A stretch of 64,000 nt of DNA, taken from contig NW_027596099.1 in the NCBI RefSeq assembly GCF_964194155.1, forward strand, positions 2,418,001 to 2,482,000. Reading direction: 5' to 3'. The notes beneath the pieces were generated by a model. It did no database searches and had not been told where the DNA came from. It saw only the letters and a program-made list of their open reading frames with translations. Both the position numbers and the translations under genes were made by a program. The DNA comes from Cetorhinus maximus. Lineage: Eukaryota. Shown one piece after another: positions 62,200-64,000 of the stretch. Every line of letters starts with the position of its first letter. Positions within the stretch are counted from its first letter, which is position 1.

Positions 62200-64000
62200 G
62201 TAAGGTCATCAGCAGTAGCAGGCTGGTGGTGTGCCATTATAGCAGCATGTAAGTATCGATGAAATACATTGAGCTGGATTATGAGTTGTGGATATTGTCA
62301 GGCATTTCTGGGGAGGCAATGGGGGGCCAATATTGCTTGGACACTTTGCCCCAGAATGCTGTCATTCCCCTTAGGTTAGAGAGAACTTCAGATTTGTCAA
62401 TAGTCAGGAGCAGGAGGGTGAGTTCATGTCTGGTGGATAAGGGGACCCAGCACTGAGACTCCAAGGAGCCTCGGTCCATGACCTTTTCAACAGGTATGAA
62501 GTGCTTGTAACCTTTGCGAAAGAGGAGGATGGCAAGGTAGATGAGGGGACTGATCATAACACAATGGTGAGGAATGTCCTTCGAATTGGTGGAGTAAGGA
62601 GGAATATAGTAGTGATAGGCGACAGTGTAGTGTTCGCTGCAATTGGTAACATGAGTCCAGGCTGCTGTGTACCTCAAGCTTCTAGCTTTTGAGAGACCTG
62701 CTCAGCCTGGAGAGGAGTTCCAAATTGGAGGCACTGGATTCAGTGGGCCGTTGTCCATGTAAGTACAAAAAACTTTGGAACAACTAGGAAGTAGTTTCTG
62801 CAGAGCGATTCTGGGAAGATAGGCAAGAAGTTAAACAGCAGAAAAAAACGTTAACAATCTATGACTATGATCGGTGTGATGTAAAAATTGGTGTAAGGTG
62901 AATACAATTAGGAAGATGAATACGTGTCTCAAAGAATAGTGTCGAAGAGATGGGTGCCGATGTAGTCGCACTGGCACTAGAACTGAAAAAGTGGGAGTTT
63001 TACCATTAGGGCAGTCTAGACACTAACGGTGCAGGGCCCGGTTTCCGCGCGGGATATAGAGTTAAGGAAGTAGAGATGGTTTTAAAATAACCAAAGGCTG
63101 AATAGAAAATCTCGGGAAGTTGTAATAAATGAAATGGAAATGGCAACACATTATATCAAGGAAGATATAAAGGTGAAGGTAATCAGGTAATGGAAGGAAG
63201 GAGAAGTAATTGCAAGCTTAGGGGTGTGCTAGCAGGCAGGGACAGTGTTTGCAAAAACGGTAATAAAACACTGAATTAAGGGCTCTAATTTTGAATGCCT
63301 GCAGCATCGCATGAAAACAAGGGAATTCTCATCTCAAATATAAATTGATATGTCTGATCTGATAGACATTGCAGAGACGTGGCTACAAGCAAACCAAGCT
63401 GGGAAGTGAATATCCTATGTCATCTGACATTCTGGAAGGACAAGAAGCTGGGAAAAGTTATTGGCGTATTTCTGGTGATCAAAGAGGGCATTGGTACTGT
63501 GCTGAGAAATGACCGGTGTTGTAAATGTTAAAATGTAGATTCAGTTTGTGTGCAACTAAGGGACAGCAGGAAGCAGAAAACATTGCAGTGAGTTGTTTAT
63601 ACTCCAACAAACTGCAGTGGCAATGTTAATTTCCAAACTTATCATTACATTACAGATGCTTGTATGAAGCGCAGAACTCTAACCGTGGGGGTCTCCACTG
63701 TACATACAGAATGGGTAAAACTCATTCCTTCTAATGCTTTGGGGAACCAATTCTTAGAACACTTGCAAGATGGTTTTCTAGAGCAGAACGTTCAACAACC
63801 AAATAGTGAACTTTTTATTTCAGATGAAACCTTGTGCAACTGAACATTCCTCATTGATACTCTTGATGTAAAGCAACTCTTAAGAAAGAGTGGGCGTAAT
63901 ATGATAGAATGTTTCATTAAGTTTCAATGTGCTATGTTCTAATCAAAGACAAGGGTCTTAATCTAAATAAAGAGTGTTAAGGCATTCGGCGGGTGGGGGC
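62200..64000 (+). mobile_element. CR1 LINE 5' portion: decayed ORF1 esterase and ORF2 endonuclease
   Basis: NRYEVL and IVVIGDSVV (SGNH-esterase GDS motif) at about 62490-62630. LNACSI...DLIDIAETWLQ (APE endonuclease) at about 63290-63390. Runs off the window. Confidence 0.8.

Noticed and set aside
58520-62200. Possible decayed DNA-transposon ORFs, or exon 1 of the third GPCR
   Set aside because: I could not recover convincing motifs or a YYP...GVP|GT exon by eye, so it is left unannotated.

Overview
Repeat-rich eukaryotic genomic DNA, most likely from a cartilaginous fish (shark/ray); this is inferred from the CR1 LINE, DeuSINE and Penelope-type repeats and the receptor family. The window holds a small minus-strand cluster of GPR139/GPR142-like class A GPCRs. 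Two intact two-exon genes (22736-22667 + 13850-12946 and 48383-48314 + 39866-38962; 324 aa each, about 85% identical by hand count) lie in a ~14 kb direct segmental duplication (about 10245-24767 vs 36214-50432). A third, decayed paralog lies at about 52929-53219. The two duplicate copies are separated by a 7.7 kb 18-bp minisatellite with higher-order structure, a truncated ERV (5' LTR, tRNA-Ser PBS, gag remnant) and a relic of a tRNA-Asp repeat unit that is also present at the window start. Other elements: a fossil hAT transposase, an RTE LINE, many CR1 fragments, a Penelope-type inverted repeat, and a second ERV 3' end whose env remnant looks foamy/loki-like. Most entries in the ORF track are repeat artefacts. 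All identities and repeat boundaries were estimated by eye; no database searches were run.
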